A stretch of 64,000 nt of DNA from Chiloscyllium plagiosum (Eukaryota): the NCBI RefSeq assembly GCF_004010195.1, contig NC_057719.1, positions 41,578,910 through 41,642,909 on the forward strand, read 5' to 3'. Shown here piece after piece: positions 38,686 through 51,300 of the stretch. Position 1 is the first letter of the stretch; each line of letters starts with the position of its first letter. Made by a program: the position numbers and the translations under genes. The notes under the pieces were generated by a model. That model was not told the origin of the DNA. It searched no databases and saw only the letters and a program-made list of their open reading frames with translations.

Positions 38686-41522
38686 CTCTCATAGAAGCTG
38701 AACACACAATAGTTAGCGAACTTGGTCATTTTTTAGCAGGGGTCTTGCTTAGCTGCTAGTCAGAGAATTTAGTTCTTTGTGAAATTATTAGTTATATTTT
38801 GTTTCGTTTTTATTTGAGCTTTTTTTTGCTTACCTCACAATTTTTAATCTGCTCAATCCATTTATTCTCTTTGGTTGCTACTAAGATTTAGATTACTCTG
38901 TGCACAGTTGTGAGGATAGAAATTCCTTTATAGCTTTCAAACACTATTTTATTTTGATTAATAAAATTAATTAATGAAAAGACAATAGATTTAGATACAA
39001 TGCATCTGAGACACTTGGGCCTGATCCAAACAGCACAGAGAGGACTCTGGTATCTCCTCCTTCTAGCTATTACTAGAAACTGTCGTTATCATTTACAACC
39101 AAGTACATGGGAGTACTCCCTCACTTCAACTTCCTCCTGTGCGTTTGCCTTGGGGAACCTTACTTTTCATTCCGAATCGAGTCATCCTACTTTAATACAG
39201 TTCTCTCAGCAAGAGATTCAGTCCTTCCACAATAAGATTACCACTGCACCAGTGTGAGCAATTTATCTGCTATTCTGTCACCACCATTTCCCTAGAAATG
39301 GCTGCTACCATGAGAGACTCCACCTTCAACTAAATGTTTTATTGGCCGCATTCTCCAGGCAACCTGTAATGTTTATCTGTCGATATTAGGAGAGAGTTTG
39401 AAAACCAACTTGGTTACTTTATAAAGGAAATACTTTCTTTATTCTTTCCTTATTTGTAGGAAAAGCAAAGTTTAGGAACAAGATCCATAGTGAAGTGCAT
39501 TATGTTTGAAAAGAGTAAAAGATATGATGCATATTTATAGTTTATAGCATGATGTCATAGCATTTTCAGCTACTATCTCAACTTACACAGGCTGTAAAAG
39601 GTTTAACCATCGTACAAAAATATAGCTGTCAGGCTATTTCAATGCCACTGTGAGATAGATCTACTTTAGAAAACAAAGCCGTTTTAAAACCAACAATCAT
39701 TAATTCCTACTTCCAGTGCTGAACTGCAAAGATGAAAGATTGGGTTTTGGATAAGGAGTTGATGTTGAATGATTCAATGTGGTAACCTTTGTCATCCTAT
39801 TTTGTAGGTTCAATGATTGTAAGAACATCACTGCAATTTTACTAATGAATGTCATTAGGTTTTCCACAGCCAGTTATGCCCTAGAGGCCAATTTATCATG
39901 TTAAATCTTTCAAACTGTTTAAATCAATATAATGTTATCATTCCTCAGCCCTTGCTGAAAAAATGTAAAACTATGAAAGAGGAAAAAGAATAAATTATTT
40001 CTTTAATAAGTAATGTCAACAATTTTTCTTAATTTTTTAAAGATTAACTTAATTGTCTCCTACAGTACAATTTCAAATTGTTAGAAATTTGACATTTAAC
40101 TATTCTACATGTGAATAAGCTGAAACTATAGAAATTATTTTTCTCTGAATTTGACCATTTCTTAAAATGATCCTCATAACAAACAATTAATTGAAAATAA
40201 AACAAATAAATCCAAAATTATAGGTAGCAATTCTTCCTTCCAATATATGGGAAGTGTACCAAACATCTTTACAGTAGCTTGCAGGAGATTCAGGGACAGG
40301 GATTATCACTGAAATGTTGCCCATACTACCAAACAAATGCTTAAAGCGATTCCTACATTTGCCATTTATGAGCAATTTATTTTAAGTGGTTTAATGCCTG
40401 TCTTAAAATAGTAAACAAAGTAATATCACCCCAGCATGCCTAGTATTCATTTGCTTATATTGTCAAAGTAATTTCAGAATTATAATTAGTTGATTTCTGG
40501 TTTTAAAGTAAGTTCAGTAAACATATTGTACAGCAAATTTAAAGTGAACTAACCATTGGTATATTTTTCTTTTCACTGTGGTTGCCAGTAATCCAATGAG
40601 GGACAGCAGAATGGAAAAGTTACAAAAGGTACTGTGTGAAAGAGATAAATTAACATCTGTTGGCATAGTCATTAACTCAGACCACTTTGGTGATCTTAAC
40701 CTCTCAACAATCAATCAAAAATTAACAATTTTAAAAAAATATATCATAATTCAAGCTTTTCACATTTATTCATTGTTTTTGAAAGGTGTATTGATTATGT
40801 AATTCTTTCTTGTGTCACTTTGACACCACTATGCACTCATCCTGAATGGAGAATTAATAACTAGAACACAATGTCTTGGAATTTCACTCAGACAAATAAA
40901 GGATAGACTTTGACTGATCAGGGAACAGCTGAGCCAAAGTGAGAAACAATGCAACTAGTATCTCTAATATAAAGGTATTCTTCAACTAAGCATGACAGAT
41001 TTAGCTGGAAACACCAGCAATAATGAAGGATAAAAGAGAGAGAGAAAGGAAGCAATGGAAGAGATGGAGCAGACTGGAGATGCTAGCAGCAACAGGGTAA
41101 GAGAGAAGGAGAAACAGACATGTCCAACAGACCAGCTGGATACATCAGCAGCAATGGAGACCAAAAAATAGAGGGTAAGGCTGGCTGGATATAACAAAAA
41201 CAACCCCAGTTCAGGAGCCAAATCAAATAGGAGAAATCAAGAAGGGATATCAGAATTACATCCCAATGTACAGAAAAGTCCACGACAGGTTTAAAGAAAT
41301 CAAACTGATTTAAAGGTCTAGAAGTAGCAAGGGTTCAGGGGTTGGAAGTTGTAATGTGGACAAAGCTGTGGCAATCCAGAGTTGTCATCTTGACACAGCA
41401 AGACAACAAGATCACACCTATGTCTGTCAGGGTTCTGCCAGCTGGTGCATTCCAACATGAACAACAAAATGACAGCTCATGGTGAAGGGAGCAAAACACT
41501 CAAAATCCAGGATGGAATCTCA

Positions 41523-41850
41523 TTAGATTAGATTCCCTACAGTATGGAAACAGGCCCTTCGGCCCAACAAGTTCACACTGACCTTCTGAAGAGTAACCCA
41601 CCCACACCCATTCCCCTACTCTATGTTTACCCCTAATTAATGCACCTAACACAATGGGCAATTTAGCATGGCCAATTCACCTAACCTGGACATCTTTGGA
41701 CTGTGGGAAGCCAGAGCACCTGGAGGAAGCCCATGCAGACACAGGGAGAATGTACAAACTCCACACAGCCAGTTACCCAAGGCAGGAATTGAACCCGGGT
41801 CCCTGGCACTGTGAGGCAGCAATGCTAACCACTGAGCCACCATGCCTCCC
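41523..41850 (-). mobile_element. HE1-like SINE
   Basis: Homologous to the other copies. Confidence 0.92.
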
Positions 41851-41967
41851 CTAAGGTTGGAGTTTCCCTCATGTTAACACCTTTCAGCAACTCTTGCAAC
41901 CAATAATCCGGAGATATCGGCTTTTGTTTGTATTCTGGATACCAACTTACAAGGTAAAGGTGGGCAG

Positions 41968-42983
41968 ATGGTTTTGTGAAGGGCAGGTCGTGCCTCACAA
42001 ACCTTATTGAATTCTTTGAAAAGGTGACGAAGGAGGTTGATGAGGGGAAAGCGGTAGATGTGGTATATATGGATTTTAGTAAGGCGTTTGATAAGGTTCC
42101 CCATGGTAGGCTACTGCAGAAAATACGGAGATATGGCATTGAGGGTGAGTTGGAGGTTTGTCACGTACTTCACAATGATACCTGTGCGGAAACAAGACAG
42201 GATTGTAAAGGAGCAGAAGGAGGCCTTTCAGACCATTGTGTCTGCATCAATTTTGGAAGTGAGCATCATTCTCCAGTTCTCCCCCAACAACCCTTGTTGT
42301 CTTGGTGTCCATGTACACAGATCTCTGAAAGTTGCCACCCAGGTAAATAGTGCGGTGAGGAAGGCATATGGCGTATTGGCTTTTATTGGTAGAGGAATTG
42401 AGTTCCGGAGTCCTGAGGTCATGATGCAGTTGTATAAGACTCTGGTACGGCCGCATCTGGAATATTGTGTGCAGTTTTGGTCGCCATACTATAGGAAGGA
42501 TGTGGAGGCATTGGAACGGGTGCAGAGGAGGTTTACCAGGATGTTGCCTGGTATGGAGGGAAAGTCTGACAGAAACGGTTGAGGGACTTGAGGCTGATGT
42601 CGTTAGAGAGAAGAAGGTTTAGGGGTGACTTGATTGAGGTGTACAAGATGATTAGGGGGTTAGATAGGGTCGACAGTATGAACCTTTTCCCGCGTATTGA
42701 GTCGGGTATTACAAGGGGGCATAGCTTTAAATTAAGGGGGGGTAGATATAGGACTGATGTTAGGGGTAGGTTCTTCACTCAGCGAGTCGTTAGTTCATGG
42801 AATGCCCTGCCAGTAACAGTGGTGGACTCTCCCTCTTTATGGGCATTTAAGAGGGCATTGGATAGGTATATGGAGGATAGTGGGTTAGTGTAGTTTAGGT
42901 GGGCTTGGATCGGCGCAACATCGAGGGCCCAAGGGCCTGTACTGCGCTGTATTCTTCTATGTTCTATGTTCTATGTTCTATGT
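41968..42983 (+). mobile_element. CR1 LINE 3' part with an internal replaced segment
   Basis: KGRSCLTNLIEFFE..YMDFSKAFDKVPH, then ~140 bp of foreign sequence, then LGVHVHRSLKV..RPHLEYCVQFWSP; (TTCTATG)n tail. Confidence 0.92.
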
Positions 42984-43023
42984 TGATACAGATGCTAGGT
43001 AAGGCAGCATCTCCTAAAGGTAT

Positions 43024-45036
43024 CAAGAGAACATGGTGCTGGAAAAGCACAGCAGGTCAGGCAGCATCAGAGGAGCAGGAAAATCTACATTTCAGGGAAA
43101 AGCCCTTCATCTGGAATGAGGCTGAGAGCTTCGGGGGTGGAGACATAAATGCGAAGGGAGGTGGGCTGGGGGAAAGGTAGCTGAGAGTGCATTAAATGGA
43201 TGGAGGTGGGGGTAAAGGTGATAGGTCGGAGGGATGGGAGGGTGGTGCGGATAGATGGGAAGAAAGATTGATAGATGAAACAGGTCATGAGAGCGGTGCT
43301 GACCTGGAAGGTTGGAACTGGGGTAAGTTGGGGGGAGAGGAAATGAGAGAACTGGTATAGTCCACATTGATGCCCTGGGGTTGAAACGTCCTAAGGCACA
43401 TGATGAGGCCTTCTTCCTCCAGGTGTTGGGTGGTGAGGGACTGGCAATGCAGGCGGCCCAGGACCTGCATGTCCTCGGCCACAGGGCGGTGGAATTGATT
43501 GGTTTGGGTGTCCCGGTGATGTTCTCTGAAGCACTCTGCGAGTAGGTGTCCTATCTCCCCAATGTAGAGGAGACCGCATTGGGATCAGCGGTTACAGTAC
43601 ATGACGTGTGGAAATGCAGGTGAAACTTTGATGGATGTGGAAGGCTCCTTTGGGGCCTTGGACGGAGGTGATGGGGGAGGTATGGCGTATGTTTTTTAAT
43701 TCCTGCGGTGGCAGGGGATGGTAGCGGGAGGGGAGGGTAGGTTATTAGGGGGCGTGGACCTGACCAGGTAGCTGCGAAGGGAATGGTCTTTACAGAAAGC
43801 AGATGGGGTGGAGAGGGAAATATATCTCTGGTGGTGGGGTCCGTTTATAAGTGGTCGAAATGGCGGAGAATGATGCAATGTATACGGAGGTTGGTGGGGT
43901 GGAAGGTAAGGACCATGGGGTTTCTGTCCTTAGTGCGGTTGTAGGGATGGGGTTCAAGGGCAGAGGTGCGGGATATGGATGAGATGCGCTAGAGGGCATC
44001 ATCAATCACATGGGAAAGAAAATTGTGGTCTTCAAAGAAGGAGGCCACCTGGTGTGTTCTGTGATGGAACTGCTTCTCCTAGGAGCAGATGCGGCGGAGA
44101 TGAAGGAATTGGGAATAAGGGGTAGCATTTTTGCAGGAGGCAGGGTGGGAGGAGGTGTAATCCAGATAGCTGTGGGAGTCGGTGGTTTTGTAGAAAATGT
44201 CAGTGTTGATGGAGATGGAGAACTCCAGGAAGGGGAGGGAGATGTCAGAGATGGTCCAGGTGAATTTAAGGTCGTGGTGGAACATGTTGGTAAAGTTGAT
44301 GAACTGTTCAACCTCCTCATGGGAACACCTCTCTCCCCTTTCTGGACCTCAAAGGAGCCTGCCACATCCATCAGAGTTTTACCTGCATTTCCACACACGT
44401 CATTTACTGTATCCGTTGCCCCCGATGCAATCTCCTCTACATTGGAGAGACCGGACCCCTTCTGGCAGAGCGCTTCAGAGAACATCTCTGGGACACCCGC
44501 ACCAACCAATCCCACCGCTCCATGGCCAAACACCTCAATTACCCCTCCCACTCTGCCAAGGATATGCAGGTCCTGGGCCTCCTCCATCGCCACTCCCTAC
44601 CCACCCGACGCCTGGAGGAAGAAAGCCTCATCTTTTGCCTCGGGACCCGCCAACCCCAGGGCATCAATGTGGATTTCACCAGTTTCCTCATTCCCCCTCC
44701 CTCCACCTTACCTCAATACCAACCTTCCAGCTCAGCACCGTCCTCATGACCTGTTCCATCTGCCCATCTTCCTCCCCACCTATCTGCTCCACTCTGCTCT
44801 CAGACCTATCGCCTTTAACCCCAACTCCATTCACCTATTGTACTCTCAGCTACCTTCCCCCCAGCCCCACGCCCCTCCCATTTATCTCCCCACCTCCTAG
44901 GCTCCCAGCCTCCTTCCTGATGAAGGGCTTTTGCTCGAAACGTTGATTCTCCTGCTCCTCGGATGCTGCCTGACCTGCTGTGCTTTTCCAGCAGCACACT
45001 CTTGACTCTAATCTCCAGCATCTGCCATTCTCACTG
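43024..45036. mobile_element. Penelope-like element, fold-back insertion
   Basis: Minus part ~43024-44325, plus part ~44326-45036; GIY-YIG VIYCIRCPRCNLLYIGET at ~44399-44452; imperfect TSD TCTCCTAAAGGTAT / TCTTCTAAACGTAT. Confidence 0.88.
44913..44948 (+). ncRNA. Minimal hammerhead ribozyme motif (PLE-associated)
   Basis: CTGATGA (44917-44923)-A-GGGC tttt GCTC-GAAA (44937-44940)-CG-TT; stem I only 2 bp. Confidence 0.55.
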
Positions 45037-45099
45037 TCTTCTAAACGTATGCCTAAGCTACATAGCAAATAAAGAAACTAATCTAAGACCGATATTACT

Positions 45100-45210
45100 T
45101 GAGAAATTCATCTGATCTGGCAGTGTTTTTGGAGAGACGACAGGGTTAACATGTTAAGTCCAGTGACCCTTCTTCAGATCTCCAGCACTTGCAGTTTTTG
45201 TTTTGTTTTA
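45100..45210. mobile_element. Degraded PLE terminus fragment
   Basis: GTTAACATGTTAAGTCCAGTGACCCTTCTTCAG matches 17855-17890 and 48260-48290; reverse complement has CTGAAGA-AGGGTC. Confidence 0.6.
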
Positions 45211-45798
45211 TTAAAGAAAATAATCTGGCAGTTTTGAAGGAAGCTGGAATTTGATCCACAATCCACAGGAAGTGTGCACAGATGGCTCTGAATGTAATCT
45301 TACCATAATTGGTTTTGATATTGCTGCTGAATAATGATTGAGATTGAGACTGATATTTTATTGTCATGTGTACTCAAGTACAGAAGTACAGGGGGGAGTA
45401 CAATGAAAAGTGTATAATGTTGCCACATTTGGTGCCATCTTAGGTACCAATTTTCCTAGCAACAAAACAAAAGCTTAGGTATAAAGTAGTAAGAGAAACA
45501 AGAGTTTAAAAATTAAGAATTGCTTCATAGAATAGTAGAAGATAAAGAAATTGGTAATTTTTTTACATTAAAGTCTTTTATAGTTTAGACTGGGAAAATA
45601 GAGGGCTAAGTTGGAAGTTCAAAGGTCATTCACGAGTCTTCTGCTTATCTCGCTCTGCCCTCTGTTCTTGATGCCGCCGTTGCAGAAACTGCCCCCTTTC
45701 CAATCTCTCCCAGCACCTCAGGAACTTGCACTCACATGGATCCACTTACATGATGAGCCAAGACGGTACCATGAGCTGGCAAGGGACCTGCCACAAGC

Positions 45799-45959
45799 CA
45801 CCTAGAGACCAGGTTGAGAACCACCTAGAGACCAGGCTGAGAGACACCTAGAGACCAGGCTGAGAGACACCTAGAGACCAGGCTGAGAGCCATCTAGAGA
45901 CCAGGCTGAGAGACACCTAGAGACCAGGCTGAGGGCCACCGAGAGAACAGGCTGAGAGC
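45799..45959. repeat. Minisatellite, 7 x 23 bp (CACCTAGAGACCAGGCTGAGAGA)
   Basis: Head-to-tail units, no spacers. Confidence 0.95.
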
Positions 45960-46192
45960 AGATTTGCCAACATTGGTTCAACCATGAATTAAGTTATAAC
46001 TTCTACTGACATGGATAGAGTGGTGCAGAGTCAGCATGTTGTAGGCTATTCAGCAATAAACTGCTTTCACAGTGAAGTGAGCTGTGACCTTGGAGAAGCT
46101 CATTTCCCAGCAGCTATTATCTGACAGCAGTGCAGTCTACAATGTATAAACAGCTACCAAATCAACTCAACTTGCCAGCATCTCAAAAAATT

Positions 46193-46527
46193 CAGTGGCT
46201 AGCACTGCTGTCTGATAGCACCAGGAACCCAGGTTCAATTCCAGCCTAAGGCGACTGTCTGTGTGGAGTTTGCACATCTTTCCCATGTCTGCATGGGTTT
46301 CCTGTGGGTGCTCCAGTTTCCTCCCACAATATAAGGATGTCCAGGTTAAATGAATTAGCCATGCTAAATTGCCCATGGCATTCAGGAATATGTAGGTTAG
46401 GTGCATTAAGTCAGGGGTAAGTGTAGAGTAATAGAGTAGGGGAATGGGTTTGGGAGGGTTACTCTTTGGAGGGTCAATGTGGACTTGTTGGGCCAAATGA
46501 CCTGTTTCCACACTGTAGGAATTCTAT
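46193..46527 (+). mobile_element. HE1-like SINE, head slightly truncated
   Basis: B box GGTTCAATTCC, body and tail match other copies. Confidence 0.88.
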
Positions 46528-47578
46528 AAAAAAAATTGGAGAGAGGTCATTCATCCTGGAGGATTCAATGCAAGTGTTGGGGCATGGAATGATTCATGGC
46601 CAGCATACCTGAGTCATCGTGGTTGGGCAAGGTCAATGACAATGGATGATGCCTCCTTTGGTCTTGAGCCTGGAATGAGCTATGCCTCACCAGCAACTTC
46701 TTCCAAGCAGATATCATCACAGGGTATTATGGTGGCACACAGGATGTGGGCATTGGCACCAAACACAGCAGGAAGTTGCAACTCACTCAGCACCTACCAC
46801 AGCACAGACAGTAACAACCTCCATTGTCTTGTCAACAGCAGAGTGGAAATTTCACAGCTCCAAACTCAAAAAACTGCCACATCTCAACATCCTTTGGACA
46901 AGCAGGAATGTCAAATAGGAACTTTAGGACTCTCATCCTAGCCAGTGTTACCCAACAAAGGTTTAACTGAAAACCCTAGTCTTGGTAACATGGAAACTTG
47001 AACGTTACTGGCAAAGCTGTAGCAGCATCTTCGGTTAAGGCAAGAAGGATTGGTTTGGGACCAATGAAATGATACCCAGCATTCATGCAAAAACGAAAAT
47101 CTGCACGATGCACCACATAATCGCGACAGCAAATAGACTGGACTGCGTGAAAGTAACCAAGACAGCTATGAAATAGACAGGGAGTTACTCCACAATAAAA
47201 TACTGGACCACGCTGCCTGTGACAAAGGTATCTATGAATGATGTACTGTAGGACCTTTGTGACAAAACCTGTCTCTCAAACATTGTTCTTTACAGCCATC
47301 AGCAAAGGTGCAGCAAATGAAGATGCCTCGATGGACTGTAGTCGGGTGTCATCATCTCACATAGAAGGAAGGATGCCAACACACAGACTATCCTTATTCA
47401 ATAACATTTCTCATTTTATTCACTTGTACTTTGTTCATTCATAGTGATACAATAATACACATGACTCAAAAATATTATCCATTGTGGTTCAGAAATAAAA
47501 ATGTTGTCAAAAAGTGAAGTATGTGGCCAAATCTTTTTGCTTTGCACTCATCAGAGCAAACACAAGATTGGCATGAAA

Positions 47579-47897
47579 GATTAGATTAGATTAGATTACT
47601 TACAGTGTGGAAACAGGCCCTTCGGCCCAACAAGTCCACACCGACCCGCCGAAGCGCAACCCACCCATACCCCTACATCTACCCCTTACCTAACACTACT
47701 GGCAATTTAGCATGGCCAATTCACCTGACCTGCACATCCTTGGACTGTGGGAGGAAACCGGAGCACCCGGAGGAAACCCACGCAGACACGGGGAGAATGT
47801 GCAAACTCCACACAGTCAGTCGCCTGAGGCGGGAATTGAACCCGGGTCTCTGGCGCTGTGAGGCAGCAGTGCTAACCACTGTGCCACCGTGCCGCCC
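47579..47897 (-). mobile_element. HE1-like SINE, well preserved (CpGs intact)
   Basis: Full head with A and B boxes; (TAATC)n tail. Confidence 0.95.
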
Positions 47898-48159
47898 ACG
47901 TGTCTTGACAGGATTATTCCCCAAATACTTTTTCATGTTCTTTGCTTTGATGGGTCTCAGTACAAACCTCTCCATGGGTGAATTTTAGAGGGAGGTGGGG
48001 TTACCCAACCTCCTAACTGAACCTCCATCAGCAACATGCTAACAGAAATCCAATTGACATGCAGCAACAATGCATCAGGGAGCAGTCTTAATTCCAAACC
48101 TCAGGAGCAGGAATTCCCACCTGAACAGATACCAGACAATCTGATTGGCCAGCAGCTTA

Positions 48160-48293
48160 AAGTAAAGCAAAATACTGCAGGCAATGGAAATCTGAAACGA
48201 GAACAGACAGTACTGGAGAAACTCAGCAGGTCTGGCAGCATTTGTGCAGAGAGAAAGAGAGTTAACATTTTGAGTCGAATAAGACTCTGCATT
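48160..48293 (-). mobile_element. Degraded PLE terminus
   Basis: CTGGAGAAACTCAGCAGGTCTGGCAGCAT...GAGTTAACATTTTGAGTC; homologous to 17780-17890. Confidence 0.65.
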
Positions 48294-48302
48294 CTGAAGG
48301 AG

Positions 48303-51300
48303 AAGGAAGTGCACCCAACTCTCCTCCAAAACCTTGTTAGGGAACTGGAGCGGGAGCTGGATGAACTTCGGATTATTTGGGAGGCAGAGGCTAGGATGGA
48401 TAAGAGTTACAGGGAAGTAGTTACTCCTAGGCACGAAGAAAGCTGGGTGACTGTTTGAAGGGGGAAAAAACAGTCAGTGAAGGGATCCTCTGGTGTCATT
48501 CCCTTGAAAAACATGTATACCATTTTGGATACTGTTGAGGGGGATGACTTACCAGGAGTATGCAGTGGGGCTCAGGTTTCTGGCACAGAAGGGAAGGAGG
48601 GAAAGGAGGAGAGTGTTAGTCATTGGGGACCCAATCGTTAGAGGTTCAGATAGAAGGTTTGTTGGGAACGAACGAGACTCATGGTTGGTGTGTTGCCTCC
48701 CAGGTGCCAGGGTCCGTGATGTCTCTGATCGTATCTTTGGGGTCCTGAAGGGTGAGGGTGACCCGCCTCAAGTCGTTGTCCATGTAGGTACCAACGACAT
48801 AGGTAGAAAGAGGGATAGGGATGTAAGGCAGGATTTCAGAGAGCTAAGGTGAAAGCTGAGAGCTAGAACAAACAGAGTTGTTATATCTGGTTTGTTACCC
48901 GTGCCACGTGATAGTGAGGCAAGGAATAGGGAGAGATATCAGCTGAACATGTGGCTGCAAGGATGGTGCAGGAGGGAGGGTTTCAGGTTTTTGGATAATT
49001 GGGGCTCATTCTGGGGAAGGTGGGAACTGTACAAACAGGACGGTCTTCAGTTGAACCAGAGGGGTACTAATATTCTGGGTGGGAAATTTGCTGGTGCTAT
49101 TCAGGTGGGTTTAAACTAATTCAACAGGGGGATGGGAACCGGAGGTGTAGTTGCAGTGCACAGGAGGATGAGAGCAGGGAGGACAGGGACAGGATTTCAG
49201 CGTCACAGGAACATGCTGGCAGACAGCAAACTGGTTTGAAGTGTGTCTACTTCATCGCCAAAAGTATCCGAAATAAGGTAGGTGAGCTTGCAGCATGGAT
49301 AGGTACCTGGGACTTTGATGTTGTGGCCATTTCGGAGACATGGATAGAGCAGGGTGAGGAATGGATGTTGCAGGTTCCAGGGTTAGATCTTTCATTAAGA
49401 ACAGGCAAGGTGGTAAAAGACGGGGCGGTGTGGCCTTGCGAGTCAAGCATAGTATAACGGTGACTGAGAGAACTTTTGATGAGGGCTCGTCTACTGAAGT
49501 AATCTGGACTGAGGTTAGAAACAGGAGAGGAGAGGTCACACTGCTTGGAGTTTTTTATAGGCCTCCACAGAGTTCCAGGGAGGTGGAAGAGAGGATTGGT
49601 AAAATTATTCTGGGTAAGAGTGAAAGGAACAGGGTGGTCATTATGGGGGACTTTAACTTCCTCAACATTGACTGGAAATGCTATAATTCTAGTATGTTGG
49701 ATGGATCAGTTTTGTCCAATGTGTACGGGAGGGTTTCCTGACACAATATGTCAAAGGGCCGACAAGAGGGGAGGCCACACTGGATCTGGTGCTTGGTAGT
49801 GAACCAGGCCAGGTGTTTGATTTAGTTGTAGGTGAGCACTTTGGAGAGAATGATCATAATTCAGTTACGTTTAGTTTAGAGATGGAAAGGGATAGGTACA
49901 TGCCATATGTCAAGGGTTATCTGTGGGGCATTTATAATGCAATTAGGCAAGAATTAGGATGCATAAATTGGGGTAGCAAAATGCAGGGGATGCAGACAAT
50001 GAAAGTGTGGAGCTGGTTTAAGGAAGAGATATTGTGTGTCCTTGATAGGTATGTCCCTGTCAGGCAGGGAGAAAGTGATAAGGTAAGGGCAACGTGGTTT
50101 ACTATGGAAGTTGCATCTCTTGTTAAGCAGAAGAAGGAGGCTTATGTATTAGTGAGGCAAGATAGTTCAGATGAGGCGATGGAGAGTTACAGATCAGCTA
50201 GGAAGGATTTAAAGAGAGAGTTAAGAAGATCAAAGAAAGGACACGAGCAGTCTTTAGCAAGTAGAATAAAGGGGAACCCTAAAGCTTTATATAGGTATGT
50301 GAGGAATAAAAGGATGACTAGGGGTAGGAATAGGGCCAGTCAAAAACAGAAGTGTGAAGTTGAGTGTGGACCCTGTGGAGATTGGAGAGGTACTAAATGA
50401 ACATTTCTCATCGATTTTCACTTAGGAAAAGGAGAATATTGTAGAGGAGAAGAATGAGGTACGAGATATTAGACTGGATTCAATTGAGGTTAGTTACAAA
50501 CAGGTGTTACCAATTCTAGAAAGAGTAAAAGTAGACAAGTCCCCTGGGCCAGATGGGATTTATCCGAGGATTCTCTGGGAAACTGGGAGGAGATAGCAGA
50601 TCGTTTGGCTTTGATATTTGAGTCGTCATTGTCTACAGTTTTAGTACCAGAGGACTGAAGGATTGCAAATGTTGTTCAAGAAGGGCAGTAGAGATGACCC
50701 AGTTAATTATAGACCAGTTAGCCTAACTTATGTTGTAGGAAAGGTTTTGGAAAGGATTATAAGAGATAAGATTTATAATCATCTAGCAAGCAACAATTTG
50801 ATTTCAGATAGTCAACATGATTTTGTCGAGGTTAGGTCATGTCTCACAAACCTCATTGAGTTTTTTGAGAAGGTGACCGAGCATGTAGATGAGGGTCGGG
50901 AAGCTGACATGGTATACATGGACTTCAGTTAAGCCTTTGAGAAGGTTCCACATGGTAGGTTGTTGGAGAAAATGCAGAGGCATGGGATTGAGGATGATTT
51001 AGCAGTTTGGATTAGAAACTGGCTTTCTGAAAGAAGGCAGCGCGTGGTGGTTGATGGAAAATATTCAGTCTGGAGTCCGGTTACTAGTGGTGTGCCACAA
51101 GGACCTGTTTTAGGTCCACTGCTGTTAGTCATTTTTATAAATGACGTAGACGCAGGCACAGGTGGATGGATTAGTAAATTTGCATACGACACTAAAGTCG
51201 GTGGACTAGTGGACAGTTTGGAAGAATGTTACAGGTTGCAGGGGGACTTGGATAAACTGCAGAATTGGGCTGAGAGGTGGCAAATGGAGTTCAATGCAGT

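Noticed and set aside
44006..44946. Overlapping 195-296 aa ORFs as novel proteins
   Set aside because: Off-frame or antisense readings across the inversion junction of a PLE.
45799..45959. 23-bp repeats as a CRISPR array
   Set aside because: Units are head-to-tail with no unique spacers, there are no cas genes and the context is eukaryotic: a minisatellite.
47605..47988. ORFs like CGRKPEHPEETHADTGRMCKLHT recurring in the window as a gene family, or SINE heads as tRNA genes
   Set aside because: They are translations of SINE copies; the heads have A/B boxes but continue into the SINE body rather than forming a tRNA gene.
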